Of a DNA stretch of 64,000 nt, positions 61,853 to 64,000 are shown piece by piece. Origin of the DNA: Desulfosudaceae bacterium. Lineage in GTDB: Bacteria; Desulfobacterota; Desulfobacteria; Desulfobacterales; Desulfosudaceae. The translations under genes were made by a program, and so were the position numbers. The notes under the pieces were generated by a model. That model did not search any database, had not been told where the DNA came from, and saw only the letters and a program-made list of their open reading frames with translations. How positions within the stretch are numbered: position 1 is the first letter of the stretch; every line of letters begins with the position of its first letter. The stretch spans positions 960,001 to 1,024,000 of the forward strand of contig CAXXDV010000003.1 in assembly GCA_963674745.2 (NCBI GenBank), read 5' to 3'.

Positions 61853-63288
61853 GTACCATTTTAATTGTTGATGATGACGATCAGCTCCGACAAAGTTTTT
61901 TTAAACTGCTGAAGGAGGAAGGCTATGATGTCAGAACCGCGGCCAGCGGTGAAGCCGGAATTGAAGAGGTCTCACGGGAGGTCCCGGACCTGGTCGTGCT
62001 GGATATCAAAATGCCGGGAATGAGCGGTTTAGAAGCGTTCAGCCAAATCCGGGAAATTGACGCTACGCTGCCGGTTATCATCATGACCGCCTATGGGACA
62101 ACGGATACGGCTATTGAAGCGACCAAACTGGGCGCTTTTGATTATATTTTAAAACCATTTGACATTCCTTTTGTTTTAAAACTCATTCAGCAGGCACTTG
62201 AAGCCGGACGGCTGATGCGAAATCGGGTGGAAATGAACGGAACCCCGGAAAGCGCCCCCCGGGATGTGCTAATTGGGCGCAATCCGGTCATGCAGGAGGT
62301 TTATAAGTCTATCGGCCGTGTGGCATCGACCGATGCCACAGTTCTTATCCAGGGAGAATCCGGCACCGGCAAGGAACTGGTGTCCAGGGCCATCTATCAG
62401 TACAGTAACCGCTCAGACAAGCCGTTTCTGGTGATCAACTGCGTGGCCCTGCCGGAAACGCTGCTGGAGAGCGAGCTGTTCGGCTATGAAAGGGGGGCCT
62501 TTACGGGCGCCAACAGCCGGCGTATCGGAAAAATCGAGCAGGCTCACGGTGGAACAATTTTTCTAGATGAAATCGGTGATATGCCGCTTTCCATTCAGGC
62601 CAAGATTCTGCGTCTGCTTCAGGAAAAAAACATTGAGCGGCTTGGCGGCGGAAAACCCATTGCGGTTGATGTCCGCATTCTGGCCGCCACCAATCGCAAC
62701 CTGGAAAAGGCCATTGCCGAGGGTGCTTTTCGCGATGATTTATACTATCGGCTTAAAGTCGTGACCATCACGCTTCCGCCCTTAAAAGACCGCAAAAGTG
62801 ACATTCCACTGTTATGTGATTATTTCATGGCCAATTTTTCCCGTGAAATGGGGATTGAAAATCCGGGTATTACAGAACCCGCCCGGAAAATCATTGCCGA
62901 ACGCGCCTGGCCGGGAAATGTCCGGGAACTGGGCAATACCTTGAAAAAAGCGCTGATCTTCAGCAACGGTTATCCCATCCGGCCGGAAGATGTGTCCTAT
63001 GCCATTTCAGATACCGGCGATCAGCCGTCGGACACGGAGATTGAATCAATTGAACGCCTGAGCCGGCAATGGGTGGCCGGCATATTAAACTCAAGCAAAT
63101 ATGATGACAAGTTTAATTTCCTGATGGACACGTTTACCCGGATCGTGATCGGTGAAGCATTGCGAATAACCAATGGGAATCGCAGTCAGGCCTCTAAGAT
63201 ACTGGGTTTGGCCCGGCCGACCCTGTTGTCCAAGATTGAAAAGTTAAACCTGACCACGACCACGACCGTTCGGCATGAAGAGGAATGA
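61849..63288 (+). CDS. NtrC-family sigma-54 response regulator
   Basis: REC domain, GESGTGKE, GAFTGA, Fis HTH. Confidence 0.95.
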   Translation: MSTILIVDDDDQLRQSFFKLLKEEGYDVRTAASGEAGIEEVSREVPDLVVLDIKMPGMSGLEAFSQIREIDATLPVIIMTAYGTTDTAIEATKLGAFDYILKPFDIPFVLKLIQQALEAGRLMRNRVEMNGTPESAPRDVLIGRNPVMQEVYKSIGRVASTDATVLIQGESGTGKELVSRAIYQYSNRSDKPFLVINCVALPETLLESELFGYERGAFTGANSRRIGKIEQAHGGTIFLDEIGDMPLSIQAKILRLLQEKNIERLGGGKPIAVDVRILAATNRNLEKAIAEGAFRDDLYYRLKVVTITLPPLKDRKSDIPLLCDYFMANFSREMGIENPGITEPARKIIAERAWPGNVRELGNTLKKALIFSNGYPIRPEDVSYAISDTGDQPSDTEIESIERLSRQWVAGILNSSKYDDKFNFLMDTFTRIVIGEALRITNGNRSQASKILGLARPTLLSKIEKLNLTTTTTVRHEEE

Positions 63289-63348
63289 TTTAGCGAAAAT
63301 TGTTTATTCGCGCCTTAATCCTTTTGGGAAAAAGGCTTAAATGGCTCT

Positions 63349-63384
63349 CCTTGACCCCTTGACCCCTCGAATCCTTGAACCCTT
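63349..63384. repeat. Short 8-bp-period degenerate repeat
   Basis: CCTTGACC CCTTGACC CCTCGAAT CCTTGAAC. Confidence 0.55.
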
Positions 63385-63389
63385 CAGTT

Positions 63390-63884
63390 TTAAACAGCCG
63401 TTGCGCCATGATCAATTTCGCTCAAGCGTCTTAAAATCTCCCTTGGAGAAGTAGACTGCGAAAGTTTGAGCAGCTGGTTCATTCTTTTTTCTTCAATCTG
63501 GTTTTTGTTCATCACCTTTTTTTTGTATGCCTCCTGAAGAATTCCCATCAGTTCATCCAGCTTACACGGTTTTTGCAGGTAAGCGTAGGCCCCGCTCTGC
63601 ATGGTGCCGACCGCGGAATCAATGGTGCCATGACCCGTGAGAATAACGATTTCCATCCATTGATGTTTTTCCTTCAATGCCTTCAGTGTTTCTTCTCCGT
63701 CTAATCCCGGCATTTTCAGGTCAACCAGGGCAATATCAATATTCATTTTATCGGCTGCTTCCAGCGCTTTTTCACCGCGGTTCACGGCAACGACGTTAAA
63801 ATCTCTGACCTCAAGTTGCTTTTTCATGGACGCCAGAAACTGTTCCTCATCATCTACAAACAGCAAGTTGATCTTATGCTCCAT
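63390..63884 (-). CDS. Single-domain response regulator with C-terminal extension
   Basis: VDDE, DLKMP, LTGHG, KP. Confidence 0.9.
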   Translation of the reverse strand: MEHKINLLFVDDEEQFLASMKKQLEVRDFNVVAVNRGEKALEAADKMNIDIALVDLKMPGLDGEETLKALKEKHQWMEIVILTGHGTIDSAVGTMQSGAYAYLQKPCKLDELMGILQEAYKKKVMNKNQIEEKRMNQLLKLSQSTSPREILRRLSEIDHGATAV

Positions 63885-63956
63885 GCCGCTTTCTCCTTAA
63901 TTATGTCAATTACGCCCAACCAGGGCCGTTAAATACGGTTTTTCAATTTAAAAAGT

Positions 63957-63972
63957 AGCAAATGCTGTGCCA
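63957..63972 (-). promoter_or_regulatory. Sigma-54 promoter
   Basis: Minus-strand TGGCACAGCATTTGCT. Confidence 0.85.
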
Positions 63973-64000
63973 ATTTCGTATTTAGCCGTATCTTGCCCGC

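Noticed and set aside
1..64000. CRISPR array, cas genes, reverse transcriptase/DGR or retron
   Set aside because: No regularly spaced repeat-spacer array and no Cas or RT motifs were recognised.

Overview
The window is bacterial. Gene content (sigma-54 regulators, DUF4388, PilZ proteins, CBS/SLC13 module, tRNA-Sec) suggests a Desulfobacterales-like deltaproteobacterium; this is inference. Roughly 1-55,580 is a mosaic accessory region lying downstream of an intact minus-strand tRNA-Sec (selC, 55585-55682), followed by more core-like genes (M20 peptidase, GAF, CBS, SLC13, two-component systems). It holds three paralogous secreted LIP-type lipases, a sigma-54-driven acyl-CoA catabolic operon, several toxin-antitoxin modules, IS256/IS91 remnants and many short duplicated gene ends. 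Main observations: (1) a MerB-like gene split by the ORF caller that reads as one 248-aa protein with UGA at both catalytic-Cys positions, each followed by a SECIS-like hairpin; (2) duplicated integrase-less units of arm sites + selC 3' core + arm sites + RelE/HTH TA pair, plus an analogous tRNA-Asp att site; (3) a lipase paralogue with nucleophile Ser replaced by Asp; (4) an orphan IS91-type end that places a sigma-70 promoter in front of a PilZ gene. Family assignments come from motif recognition only; no searches were run.
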